Assembly: GCA_963665115.1 (NCBI GenBank)
Contig: OY762007.1
Span: forward strand, 3,712,001-3,776,000
Direction: 5' to 3'
DNA from: an uncultured Rivularia sp.
GTDB lineage: Bacteria; Cyanobacteriota; Cyanobacteriia; Cyanobacteriales; Nostocaceae
Length of the DNA stretch: 64,000 nucleotides
The notes below the pieces were generated by a model. The model was given only the letters and a program-made list of their open reading frames with translations. It ran no database searches and had not been told where the DNA came from. Within the stretch, counting starts at the first letter, position 1; each line of letters starts with the position of its first letter. Of this stretch, positions 42,621 to 52,800 are shown in pieces. Made by a program: the position numbers and the translations under genes.

Positions 42621-43847
42621 TTATTGAAACACGATTGATTCAGAGGTAATTTGACTGGAACTCACGTCCGAAATCAGTAATGTTTGTTCGTTGAACAAAG
42701 AATCGAGTTTGAAAACAATACCGTCATTTGTATCAATAATATTACCTTGCTGCAACCATTGCTCGGTATCTATATTGCCCCATCCTTTAAAGACAATTTG
42801 ATCTTCACCCACCTCAAAATCTTGAATAATATCAAAGTCATTTCTTAAGAATGTATCTTTACGGTGGAAAATAAATTTGTCATTACCCTCACCACCAACT
42901 AAAGTATCATCTCCTCTACCACCAATTATCCGATCGTTACCCCAGCCGCCATTGAGCTTATCTTTGCCCTTACCTCCAAATAGTTTATCTTTACCTTGTC
43001 CACCTTCTAAAATATCGTCACCTTTTAATCCATACAGTTTGTCGTTCCCCAAGCTGCCATAAATTTTGTCTGCACTCCTCGTTCCAATTAATCGATCTCG
43101 ACCAATGGTGCCATAAATAACATCTGTACCCAAATTACCAATTAAGCTATCTCCAGCAACTTTAACGGCACTAGTATTAATTTCTACTACTGTTATATTT
43201 GTATTCCTAGAAAAAGTCTTTTGATAGCTGCCAACGGTGTTACTATAAATTTCATCTGAACCATTATTTCCATCAAGATCGGAAATTTGTTCTCCATTGA
43301 GAATAGCAACATTGCAACTACTACCAACTTTAATATTAGCTATTTGTTCGGAGGAAATTAGTTTACCTTTAGTGCCAAAATAATCTAACACTTTGAGACA
43401 ATCTGGATTTGTGGTGTCTAACACCAGAAAAGCACTTTTAGAATTAACTTGGTTATATTCGGTATTAGGATTTTCAATTTCTTTAGCTGTTAAAGCCAAA
43501 TTGACCGAAAAATCAAAAGAAAAAGTTTGATTAGCTTCAATTGCAAAATTAGCAACTACCTGACTTTTACTTTTAGAAGTTCCTGTATAAGTTCCATCAC
43601 CATTCGCATTACTATCAGCGAACAGAAAAGAAAAATTAGCATCTTCAAGGAAAATTGCTTGAGCTTCGGCAATCGCAAAACCTACTCCACCCGTGACTAA
43701 TGTTTCCGTTTGGGAATCAGTCAAAGTTTCTGAAGGGCTGTGACTATAGTTGAAGACATTAGCATCCGCTGTAGCCGTAGCAAAATTCTGGTTAGGATTA
43801 GTTATTGGATCTATTATTGGTTGCAAAAAAATAGTTTCGGGGTGCAT
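42621..43847 (-). CDS. RTX Ca-binding repeat protein whose N-terminal domain matches the PEP-CTERM proteins
   Basis: AIAEAQAIF...SKSQVVANFAIEANQTFSFDFS...KVLDYF aligns with 20041 and 32212; C-terminal GGxGxD repeats and D.I.DF..G.D tail. Confidence 0.85.
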   Translation of the reverse strand: MHPETIFLQPIIDPITNPNQNFATATADANVFNYSHSPSETLTDSQTETLVTGGVGFAIAEAQAIFLEDANFSFLFADSNANGDGTYTGTSKSKSQVVANFAIEANQTFSFDFSVNLALTAKEIENPNTEYNQVNSKSAFLVLDTTNPDCLKVLDYFGTKGKLISSEQIANIKVGSSCNVAILNGEQISDLDGNNGSDEIYSNTVGSYQKTFSRNTNITVVEINTSAVKVAGDSLIGNLGTDVIYGTIGRDRLIGTRSADKIYGSLGNDKLYGLKGDDILEGGQGKDKLFGGKGKDKLNGGWGNDRIIGGRGDDTLVGGEGNDKFIFHRKDTFLRNDFDIIQDFEVGEDQIVFKGWGNIDTEQWLQQGNIIDTNDGIVFKLDSLFNEQTLLISDVSSSQITSESIVFQ

Positions 43848-44166
43848 AAAATTATCTGTTGATATTAATCGTTTAAAGATTTACGCATCAATAATCGAGT
43901 TTTTTCTCCAACCTTTAAAAAAGGTTTTGCATAAATCCTGTATTTGCTCGTACTTGGTGATTTAATCAAATACGGTAGAATTTTTGAAACGCTCTACACC
44001 CTGTAAAAATGCTGGATTTAAGAAAAGTGTCTTGTGGAATAATTTTTGTACGAGTACTGAAAAGCTGATATTTGTAATTTTGTAAAGACGTAGCAGTGCT
44101 ACGTCTCCCAACGCTCCACAGAAAATAAATCACTCAAAATTAATTTGCTGAAGTATTAAGTTCAAT

Positions 44167-47100
44167 CTAGACAAACCATTGTCTGGAACCATTATTCTGG
44201 ACTAATTGAAGACTAGACCCATTTTGGTCTTGTAAGCTAGCTCCTACGTCAGCAATTGTTGCATCGACTAAAACTGCCATCGTATCTCGTAAGAATGGTT
44301 GCTGCCCTGCAATACCAACCCCGTAAATAAATGTATTAGTTCCAGCTTGTTCGATTTCATATATAAACCCTTTTTGCAGTTGGATAATATCTCCAGCATT
44401 GAAATCTCCTGTATAACCACCAGTAGCTTTTTCTGTACCAATTATCGCAACATCGTTAAAGCTACTACCACTACCCCAATAGTAAGCTTCACCATTATCT
44501 CCCAGGACAAAGCGGTCATTACCGGCTCCACCAGTGAATATATCAACCTCTTGTATCCCTCGGACTGCCATACCACGTACAAAAGCAGTTCTGCTACCAG
44601 CCCCAACACCAACAAGCACATCATCCCCAGAACCACCAATCAAGAAGTCATTACCACCATTACCAACCAATCTATTATTAGAACTGTTCCCGATTATCCT
44701 GTCACCAAATATAGAACCATCTGCATTTTCAATATTACTTAGGGTGTCAGTACCACCCAAACCATCATTAGCAATTCCAGCGGCTAAGTCAACTACAACA
44801 CCTGCTGTACTCAAGGAATAACTAACCCGGTCAATTCCACTGCCTCCATCAATAGTGTCATTGCCAGCACCACCGTCAAGAATATCATCGCCAGCAGCAC
44901 CGTTAAGATTATCATTGCCAGCACTACCGATTAAAACGTTATTTGAATTATCCCCAATGAGGGTATCATCGAAAATCGAACCCAAAACTTGTTCAATGCT
45001 AATTAAAGTATCGGTACCGCCGATTCCATCGTTTGCCGTACCCGTACCAGCAACTAAGTCAACGGTAACTGCTGACAAACTAGAGGAATAATCTGCTCTA
45101 TCAAAACCATTGCCACCGCTAAGGGTATCGTCGCTGGCACCACCTGCGAGCGTATCATTACCATCACTGCCTTCTAAACTATCGTCCCCGGAGCCACCAC
45201 TTAGATAGTTATTTGCTGAATCACCAATCAGGGTATCGTTGTAATCGGAACCTTCTATTTCTTCAATGCTAACTAAAGTATCAGTACCGCCGAATCCATC
45301 ATTTGCCGTACCAGCTACCAAATCAACTACAACACCGGCATTATTAGTACCAACTGGGCTACTTGAATAGTCTACTCGATCGCTACCCGTTCCCCCATCA
45401 AGGGTGTCATTTCCAGCACCACCTGTTAAAGTATCGTTACCATTTCCACCGTTGAGCAGGTTGGCACCCGTATTACCAGTCAAATTATCATTGAAATTAG
45501 AACCAACAACATTTTCAATATTGGTAATGAAATCTGTATCGTCAAATCCATCTTCGCTAGCAGTACCAGCAGCTAGATTGACGGTAACATCTGCAATACT
45601 GGTGGAATAATCAAGGGTATCATTTCCAGCACCACCATTGATAGTATCGTCACCCGCTCCACCAATGAAGATGTTATCGGCTGTATTTCCAGTAATATTG
45701 TCGTTAAAACGAGAACCAATTACCTCTTCAATATTACTTAAAGTATCAGTACCGCTAAGACCATCGTTAGCTATTCCTGTCGTCAAATTAACGTTAATTC
45801 CGGCTGCACTGGATGAATAATCTACTCGATCGCTACCGTCACCGCCGTCGATACTATCATCACCAGTTCCACCTACAAACAAATTATCGGCAGCATTACC
45901 AACTATAGTATCGTTACCTCTAGAACCAAATACTTCTTCAATGCTAATTAGCAGATCGGTACCAATTTGCTGACCTGTGGCATTCTCAGTTGCTAAGTTA
46001 ACGTCAACTGCTGAAGTATTAGCAGAATAATTAACGCGATCGCTTCCATCACCACCGACAATAGTATCGTCTCCAGCACCGCCAACAAAAGAGTTATCTT
46101 CTGCATTGCCAACCAAAGTGTCGTTAAAACTCGAACCAGTTACGTCTTCTATATTAATAAGTGAATCAACATTTCCGAAGCCATCAAGTGCGCCATTCTG
46201 AGCTAGATTCACCAACACCGCAGCCGTACTCGTGGAATAGTCTGCTCGGTCGGTTCCAGCACCACCGTCCATAGTATCGGCACCATCACCACCCAGAAAA
46301 GAGTTAACTCCTGCATTACCTATTAATAAGTCGTTAAAATTGGAACCAATAACTCCTTCTATATTTACTAGAGTATCGATTGCACCGAGACCATCTAAAG
46401 CACCACTATTAGGTAAATCTACAGTTACCGCACCAGTACTTGAGGAATAATCTGCTTGGTCAAAGCCAATACCTCCATTTAGGGTGTCACCACCTAAACC
46501 ACCCACCAAAATATCATTTCCCGCTCCCCCGTCAAGACTATCATTTCCCCCATTACCTTCAAGGAGATTATTTCCAGTATTTCCGGTTAGAGTATCGTCA
46601 AAAGTAGAACCTCTAACGTTTTCAATCTCGACTATAGTATCTGTAGTTCCGAATCCATCGCTAGCCGTACCTGCTGCCATATCGACATTAACCCCGGCCG
46701 TACTCGAAGCATAACTAATAAGGTCAGTTCCCGTGTTGCCTCTGAGAGTATCATCACCAGCCCCCCCAACAAGAGTATCATCGCCAAGATTACCGTCTAA
46801 GGAATCGTTTCCAGCACCACCAACTAAAGTATCATCATCCCCACCACCATCGAGCCTATCGTTACCGTCGTCGCCAAATAACAGGTCATTGCGCCCGTTA
46901 CCTAAAATAGTATCGTCTCCATCACCACCAAGGAGGGTATCTACGCCACCACCAGTAAAACTGCTGCCGCTAGCACCTTGGATAAAATCATCGCCGTCGC
47001 CACCTTCTACAAAGTTATTACCGCTAGTTGCAAAGATAACGTCATCTCCCGCTCCAGCAGAGATAGTATCATTACCTTGTCCTCCAAAAATAATGTCGTT

Positions 47101-47400
47101 ACCATCCCCACCATCGAGGCTATCGTCACCTCCACCACCATCTAAGTAATCGTTTCCAAGCCCTCCTACTAACGTATCACTCCCACTATCGATACCTCCA
47201 TATAAACGGTCGTTACCATCCCCACCATCTACTAAATCATTACCTCGATCGCCTCGAATAAAATCATCTCCACCCAATCCATACAGGCTATCATTGCCAC
47301 TACCCCCAAAAATTTGGTCGGCAAATTGCGTACTTCTGCGTCGTATTGGGGAAGAACCATCAACTAAATCATTCCCTCTAGTTCCTCGAATGAAAGCCAT
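44167..47400 (-). CDS. Large RTX Ca-binding repeat protein (T1SS substrate, adhesin-like)
   Basis: Many GGxGxDxL nonapeptides plus nine D.(V/A)DYS.S...V.V.L..G...DG....D.L..IE...GS..ND modules; no Sec signal. Confidence 0.92.
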   Translation of the reverse strand: MAFIRGTRGNDLVDGSSPIRRRSTQFADQIFGGSGNDSLYGLGGDDFIRGDRGNDLVDGGDGNDRLYGGIDSGSDTLVGGLGNDYLDGGGGDDSLDGGDGNDIIFGGQGNDTISAGAGDDVIFATSGNNFVEGGDGDDFIQGASGSSFTGGGVDTLLGGDGDDTILGNGRNDLLFGDDGNDRLDGGGDDDTLVGGAGNDSLDGNLGDDTLVGGAGDDTLRGNTGTDLISYASSTAGVNVDMAAGTASDGFGTTDTIVEIENVRGSTFDDTLTGNTGNNLLEGNGGNDSLDGGAGNDILVGGLGGDTLNGGIGFDQADYSSSTGAVTVDLPNSGALDGLGAIDTLVNIEGVIGSNFNDLLIGNAGVNSFLGGDGADTMDGGAGTDRADYSTSTAAVLVNLAQNGALDGFGNVDSLINIEDVTGSSFNDTLVGNAEDNSFVGGAGDDTIVGGDGSDRVNYSANTSAVDVNLATENATGQQIGTDLLISIEEVFGSRGNDTIVGNAADNLFVGGTGDDSIDGGDGSDRVDYSSSAAGINVNLTTGIANDGLSGTDTLSNIEEVIGSRFNDNITGNTADNIFIGGAGDDTINGGAGNDTLDYSTSIADVTVNLAAGTASEDGFDDTDFITNIENVVGSNFNDNLTGNTGANLLNGGNGNDTLTGGAGNDTLDGGTGSDRVDYSSSPVGTNNAGVVVDLVAGTANDGFGGTDTLVSIEEIEGSDYNDTLIGDSANNYLSGGSGDDSLEGSDGNDTLAGGASDDTLSGGNGFDRADYSSSLSAVTVDLVAGTGTANDGIGGTDTLISIEQVLGSIFDDTLIGDNSNNVLIGSAGNDNLNGAAGDDILDGGAGNDTIDGGSGIDRVSYSLSTAGVVVDLAAGIANDGLGGTDTLSNIENADGSIFGDRIIGNSSNNRLVGNGGNDFLIGGSGDDVLVGVGAGSRTAFVRGMAVRGIQEVDIFTGGAGNDRFVLGDNGEAYYWGSGSSFNDVAIIGTEKATGGYTGDFNAGDIIQLQKGFIYEIEQAGTNTFIYGVGIAGQQPFLRDTMAVLVDATIADVGASLQDQNGSSLQLVQNNGSRQWFV

Positions 47401-47759
47401 AAATATTTATCTCCTAAGTATTAAGTTTTTGACTAATTAAATGTACGAACTTCTAAAAAAAGATTTTCTTATTGCGACTTAACGAAACTTTCTCAAAGTT
47501 TTGAAATGTTACGCAATTGATAATGTAGATTGATTGCGTCTAACTACCGATCGAAAGAACTTACTAATTTGGTATTGGTCAAATTGTATTACGTATTAAC
47601 CCTGGATTTGATAAACTTGTTGTAAGAAATTTGTTATAAATTGATGTTGATATCAATATAAAACCTCACTTCCTTCTTTAAAGGGGTGAGGTTGCGAAAA
47701 TTCAGTAAGTTGTAGAAGCTGAGATTCAGCCTGAACTAACCCAGGATAACTCCCGACTA

Positions 47760-50700
47760 TCAAGCTTCTTTTTTTGTACGCTTAAGTTTTAAAGCTTTAT
47801 CATAAGCTGCCATAGCTTCACCCATCTGCCTTTGTGATTGCAGTACCATTCCTAAGTTGTGGTAAGCTTCTTCAAAATCTGGGTTTAAATGAATTGCCTT
47901 TTGATAGTAAACAGTAGCGGTTTTAGAGTCACCAACTTGTTTTCTGGCATTACCTAATTGAAAATTCAATTGAGCGTAGTAAACTTGTTTTTCGAGAGTA
48001 AGTTTACCTTGAGTATGAAGGATGTTACCTAAATTTACATCCGCTTCTCGGCAGTTGGGCTGAAACTGCAAAGCTTTTTGATAAGATGCGATCGCCTCTT
48101 TCCATTTACCTTGTTCTTCTAAGGTGTAGCCCAAATTATTGTAAATAGTGCCTGCATCCGGCCTCAGAGTAATAGCTTTTTGATAAGCTGATTCTGCTTG
48201 TGCCATTTTTCCTTGGGAGCAGCGCAGATTACCTAAAGCAAACCAAGTTTTTACGGATTTCGGTTGAAATTGCGAAGCTTGAGTCAAAAACTTTTCTGCT
48301 TCCTCAAATTTTCTTTGCTGCTGAGCAATTATTCCCAATCCATACAGCGCTTCTGAATGCTGTGGCTGTTTTTCTATAACCTGATGATATAGCTGTTCGG
48401 CTTCCTTTAAACGACGATTTTGATGATGTTGAGCCGCAAACAGGAATATTTCAGCAGTTTCTTGGGTGTCAAATCGTCTTGATTTATTAATCACTTTTAA
48501 TAGAAAATCTTCGAGCGCCCTGACTGGTTTTAAATCGTCATATAATTTATATTTGTTCTCGGCAACTTGCTCGGACATATATTGCCTATACTGAAAATCT
48601 TTCCCCAAACGGACAGCAATTTGCACGTATTCTTCTTTATTAGAAGCTATCGTCTCTTCAATACCCATCATCTTTAAGATTGCCATACTATGCCGCCCCC
48701 GCATTAAATCGCCAGGTAAAGTGACAATAGGTACGTTACGAGCAACAGATTCTAAAGTTGAATTGCAACCCGACCAACCAATACTATCAAGAAAAACATC
48801 GGCGATCGCGCTGACACCAGCAAACATAGTTGGTCGCATTCGCGGTAAAAATAGGCAATAATCTTGGAAATTAAGCCCTAATTGCTCAAAGGCACGATCT
48901 AAACGCTGACGGAAGACTTCGATTACATCTTCACTTTCATGTTTAATAAATACAAATTTAGCATTGCTTAGCCCTTTAGCAATCAACGGGAAAACATCAT
49001 CATGACTGGGCAAATATTTATATAATGATTGACAGCACCAGAAAAGAATTTCATCTTCTTTTAAACCAATCTCTGTTTTGTTTAGTGTTTGCGGTTCAAT
49101 TGCTAAAGGTGTGTAATGAATCGAGAGATTTGGCAACCGCACTAATTTTTCTGTATAGTTTTCTTGAGCATTTTCCGATTCCATTAAATCGCTACTTAAG
49201 TAATAATCAATTGTCGGAAGTCCACTAGTTTCAGGATGACCCCAAGATGTCATTTGAATTGGCGCTAATCTCAAACATCCCAAATTAACTGTAGTTGGGT
49301 CCATGCCAAATTCTGGAAAAATCAGAATATGTAATTTATCTTCAGCTATTGTTTGACACCACCGTTCAATTGAGCGATTACCTTGAACAAATTTATCGAA
49401 GACATTTGCAGCACTTACTGTGTGTTCGTCTTTTTTAGAATTCGTATAATAGCCGAATAACTCAAATTCACTTTTATCTAGATTTTCTACCCAACCTTTG
49501 ATAGGTATTTTCCAATTAGAATGACCGTAAAAAAACCTAGAAACAATACCAACACGAATTTTTTGGTTTTGCTCTAAATTAGGTAGAGGAAGAGATTTGC
49601 TATATTGCGGATAGCGACTCGACATAATTTTGCAAATCATTTTTCCATAGGTTCGCTGCAAATCTCGGTCATTTAAGCCTTGATATGTTAAATAAAAAGG
49701 TTGTAATGCTCCCACCGCTTCAACTGATTTTGCTCGTTCTTGCTTACTAGCTAATTGAAAGGTTTGAGCTAATTTTTGTAAATGACTTTTATATTGATTG
49801 CGTCGAGACTCAATTTGATCAACCGTAGAATATATAATTGGCAATTGGCTAATACATATTCCCAATTTTGCTGGAGCAAACTTTGGTGATACTTCGAGGG
49901 CTTTTTTAAATGCCCCTATAGCTGCTTCTAATTTATTCTGCTCTTTATACAAAAGTCCTAAATTATAATGAATGCCATCAATATTCGGGTCAATTTTTAT
50001 CGCTTTTTTGAATGATTCTATAGCAGCATCAAATTGATTTAGTTTTTTGAGAAGATTACCTAAATTATTATAACTAGGTACTAAATCGGGTTGGATTTCT
50101 AAAGCTTTTTTGTAATAGACTACTGCTTCTCTATACTTACCTTTTTGCTGTAAAATATTTCCTAATTCGTCATAGCCATTTGCATGGTTGGGTTCAATTT
50201 TTATCGCTTGCTGGTAAGACTTGAAAGCAATATCCAACTTTCCCTGTTTTTGCAGCACATCTCCTAATTTATGATGAGCTTTTACTAAATCGGGTTGTAA
50301 TGCAATAGCCTGCTGATAATACAATTCTGCTGTCTTAAAATCTTCTGCTTTTTGTCTGCCTAAACCAAACTGTAGATTTAAATTTGCGTAATAATTTCCT
50401 TGTTCAGGTGAAAGCTTGTCTTGCAGGTGCAGAGCATTTCCCAGATTCGCTTTCAATTCCACGCTGTTAGGCTGAATTTCCAATGCTTTGTTATAGCAAG
50501 CTACAGCCTTCTCTAGCTTACCCTGCTGTTGCAAAGTCCCACCCAAACAGTTATGTACTGCCACCGCTTCTGGTTGCAAAGCTAAAGCTTGTTGATAATA
50601 CTCTACTGCTTCGTTTAATTTTCCTTGAGCTTGACGCAAATTACCCAACCTGAATAGCGCTTGTGCAAACTCGGGCTGGTATTCTAAAGCTGTTTTCAGC

Positions 50701-50879
50701 AAATTTTCTGCATCTCTATCCTTACCTTTTTCTAAAGCAAGTACACCTAAACCATATAGTGCTTCTGCTTGTTGAGGATTGCTCTCTAGAATTTTACGGT
50801 AAACCCCTTCGGCTTCTGTAAACCGTTTATTTTGATAATGTTTATCGGCTGTTTGAAGAGTTTTTGCTAAGTTTTTCAT
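47760..50879 (-). CDS. TPR-GT41-TPR protein (O-GlcNAc transferase/SPINDLY-like)
   Basis: TPR arrays on both sides of IRVGIVS..F..HS, RLAPIQMTSWGHPETSGLPTIDYY, QSLYK, DVFLDSIGWSGCNST. Confidence 0.92.
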   Translation of the reverse strand: MKNLAKTLQTADKHYQNKRFTEAEGVYRKILESNPQQAEALYGLGVLALEKGKDRDAENLLKTALEYQPEFAQALFRLGNLRQAQGKLNEAVEYYQQALALQPEAVAVHNCLGGTLQQQGKLEKAVACYNKALEIQPNSVELKANLGNALHLQDKLSPEQGNYYANLNLQFGLGRQKAEDFKTAELYYQQAIALQPDLVKAHHKLGDVLQKQGKLDIAFKSYQQAIKIEPNHANGYDELGNILQQKGKYREAVVYYKKALEIQPDLVPSYNNLGNLLKKLNQFDAAIESFKKAIKIDPNIDGIHYNLGLLYKEQNKLEAAIGAFKKALEVSPKFAPAKLGICISQLPIIYSTVDQIESRRNQYKSHLQKLAQTFQLASKQERAKSVEAVGALQPFYLTYQGLNDRDLQRTYGKMICKIMSSRYPQYSKSLPLPNLEQNQKIRVGIVSRFFYGHSNWKIPIKGWVENLDKSEFELFGYYTNSKKDEHTVSAANVFDKFVQGNRSIERWCQTIAEDKLHILIFPEFGMDPTTVNLGCLRLAPIQMTSWGHPETSGLPTIDYYLSSDLMESENAQENYTEKLVRLPNLSIHYTPLAIEPQTLNKTEIGLKEDEILFWCCQSLYKYLPSHDDVFPLIAKGLSNAKFVFIKHESEDVIEVFRQRLDRAFEQLGLNFQDYCLFLPRMRPTMFAGVSAIADVFLDSIGWSGCNSTLESVARNVPIVTLPGDLMRGRHSMAILKMMGIEETIASNKEEYVQIAVRLGKDFQYRQYMSEQVAENKYKLYDDLKPVRALEDFLLKVINKSRRFDTQETAEIFLFAAQHHQNRRLKEAEQLYHQVIEKQPQHSEALYGLGIIAQQQRKFEEAEKFLTQASQFQPKSVKTWFALGNLRCSQGKMAQAESAYQKAITLRPDAGTIYNNLGYTLEEQGKWKEAIASYQKALQFQPNCREADVNLGNILHTQGKLTLEKQVYYAQLNFQLGNARKQVGDSKTATVYYQKAIHLNPDFEEAYHNLGMVLQSQRQMGEAMAAYDKALKLKRTKKEA

Positions 50880-51239
50880 AATTTATACAACTTCTAATAG
50901 TGAGTTTAAAGTTTTTAATATCTGGGATACTTTTAAAATTTTCAAAAATAAAGCTTTTGTAAGTAAGACTATCAATATAACTATGTAACATTCGGGTAGA
51001 CAGGCTTCTCTTCGAGAAGTCGCTTGCTTGCACGTCTACAAAGTCTTATCCCTACTGCCTATTCCCCACAACAAAGATGCCTTGTCATAATTACAATTTT
51101 CAATATCGAGCTACTTAGGATATAATAAAAGAATCCGAAAGCCCAATGACCAGTTGAGCCTTCGGCTATAAAAAATGTACTTGGTTTAAAAGCCAACCCG
51201 ACTCGCAGCCCTCCACGGTAACTGCGAGTTTTGTTTTGA

Positions 51240-51530
51240 TTAATAGGTTACAGAAATTGCTAAAGAGTTGGAGTGTGATTGCTTCCAATCGGTGTAAGTT
51301 AACGAGAAGGTTTCGGTTAAAGTATTGTTACCGAATGCGTTTGCACTCGATTCAGCAGTAGCCAAGTTACCTTTTACATAAACAACGGAGTTAACATCTT
51401 TGTCGATCTCAACAGTTTCATAGATGTCAATATTTACTTCAATATCTTTGCTGATATCGAAATCGAAGTCACCACCAACAACAGCATTTCCTTCAACAGC
51501 TTCTAAGTAGTTTAAGTCGGAAATAATCAT
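51240..51530 (-). CDS. Double-glycine-leader small secreted protein, tandem copy 4
   Basis: Leader MIISDLNYLEAVEGNAVVGG; 76-aa beta-patterned core; GGAG RBS. Confidence 0.9.
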   Translation of the reverse strand: MIISDLNYLEAVEGNAVVGGDFDFDISKDIEVNIDIYETVEIDKDVNSVVYVKGNLATAESSANAFGNNTLTETFSLTYTDWKQSHSNSLAISVTY

Positions 51531-51621
51531 TTTCGTTCTCCAGTAAATTAATTAAATGTACTCGTTTAATACCAACCCAACTCGCATCCCTCCAAGGTAA
51601 CTGCGAGATTGACTCTGACAA

Positions 51622-51912
51622 TTAGTAGGTTGCAGAGATTGCTAAGGAGTTGGAGTGTGATTGCTTCCAATCGGTGTAAGTTAGTGAGAAGGTTTCGGTT
51701 AAAGTGTTGTTTCCGAATGCGTTTGCACTCGATTCAGCAGTAGCCAAGTTACCTTTTACATAAACAACGGAGTTAACATCTTTGTCGATCTCAACAGTTT
51801 CATAGATGTCAATATTTACTTCAATATCTTTGCTGATATCGAAATCGAAGTCACCACCAACAACAGCATTTCCTTCAACAGCTTCCAAGTAGTTTAAGTC
51901 GGAAATAATCAT
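51622..51912 (-). CDS. Double-glycine-leader small secreted protein, tandem copy 3
   Basis: Differs from copy 4 by one residue (SATY vs SVTY). Confidence 0.9.
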   Translation of the reverse strand: MIISDLNYLEAVEGNAVVGGDFDFDISKDIEVNIDIYETVEIDKDVNSVVYVKGNLATAESSANAFGNNTLTETFSLTYTDWKQSHSNSLAISATY

Positions 51913-52088
51913 TTTTGTTCTCCAGTAAATTAATTAAATGTACTTGCTTTAACTCCTGCTCTATCTTTTCTCTGACTAAAGGAATTGACTATAGTAAGTT
52001 TCTAATAGAGCAAGGTGTTAAAAATTTGGCATTACAAACCAATCCAACTCGCATCCCTCCACGGTAACGGCGAGATTGACTCTGACAA

Positions 52089-52379
52089 TTAGTAGGTTGC
52101 AGAGATTGCTAAGGAGTTGGAGTGTGACTGATATTTGTCGGTATAGGTTAACGAGAAGGTTTCGGTCAATGTGTTATAACCGAATGCGTTTGCGCTCGAT
52201 TCAGCAGTAGCCAAGTTGCCTTCTACATAAACAACAGAGTTAACATCTTTGTCGATATCGACGTTTTCATAGATGTCAACATTTACTTCAATATCTTTGC
52301 TGATATCGAAATCAAAGTCACCACCAACAACAGCATTTCCTTCAACAGCTTCCAAGTAGTTCAAATCGGAAATAATCAT
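52089..52379 (-). CDS. Double-glycine-leader small secreted protein, tandem copy 2
   Basis: Same leader; variant residues NVDIYENVD, VEGN, FGYN, DKYQ. Confidence 0.9.
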   Translation of the reverse strand: MIISDLNYLEAVEGNAVVGGDFDFDISKDIEVNVDIYENVDIDKDVNSVVYVEGNLATAESSANAFGYNTLTETFSLTYTDKYQSHSNSLAISATY

Positions 52380-52470
52380 TTTTGTTCTCCAGTGAATTAA
52401 TTAAATGTACTCGTTTAATACCAACCCAACTCGCATCCCTCCACGGTAACTGCGAGATTGACTCTGACAA

Positions 52471-52761
52471 TTAGTAGGTTGCAGAGATTGCTAAGGAGTT
52501 GGAGTGTGATTGCTTGCAATCGGTGTAGGTTAGCGAGAAGGTTTCGGTCAATGTGTTATAACCGAATGCGTTTGCGCTCGATTCAGCAGTAGCCAAGTTG
52601 CCTTCTACATAAACAACAGAGTTAACATCTTTGTCGATATCGACGTTTTCATAGATGTCAACATTTACTTCAATATCTTTACTGATATCGAAATCGAAGT
52701 CACCACCAACAACAGCATTCCCTTCAACAGATTCTAAATAGTTTAAATCCGAAATAATCAT
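52471..52761 (-). CDS. Double-glycine-leader small secreted protein, tandem copy 1
   Basis: Leader with ESVEG; core as copy 2 but DCKQ. Confidence 0.9.
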   Translation of the reverse strand: MIISDLNYLESVEGNAVVGGDFDFDISKDIEVNVDIYENVDIDKDVNSVVYVEGNLATAESSANAFGYNTLTETFSLTYTDCKQSHSNSLAISATY

Positions 52762-52800
52762 TTTTTGCTCCCGATAAATAATCGTTTTTAAGAATGTTTT

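Larger units (their letters stand above)
51175..52761. repeat. Four-unit tandem gene duplication (382, 467, 382 bp spacing) with a hairpin after each stop
   Basis: CTCGCA...(T/G)GCGAG hairpins at 51202-51228, 51581-51607, 52048-52074, 52430-52456. Confidence 0.95.

Noticed and set aside
44299..47149. Plus-strand Pro/Ser-rich ORFs
   Set aside because: Antisense shadows of the Gly/Asp-rich RTX gene
51175..52470. Regularly spaced repeats resembling a CRISPR array
   Set aside because: Units are about 382 bp whole-gene duplications with near-identical coding interiors; no unique spacers and no cas genes
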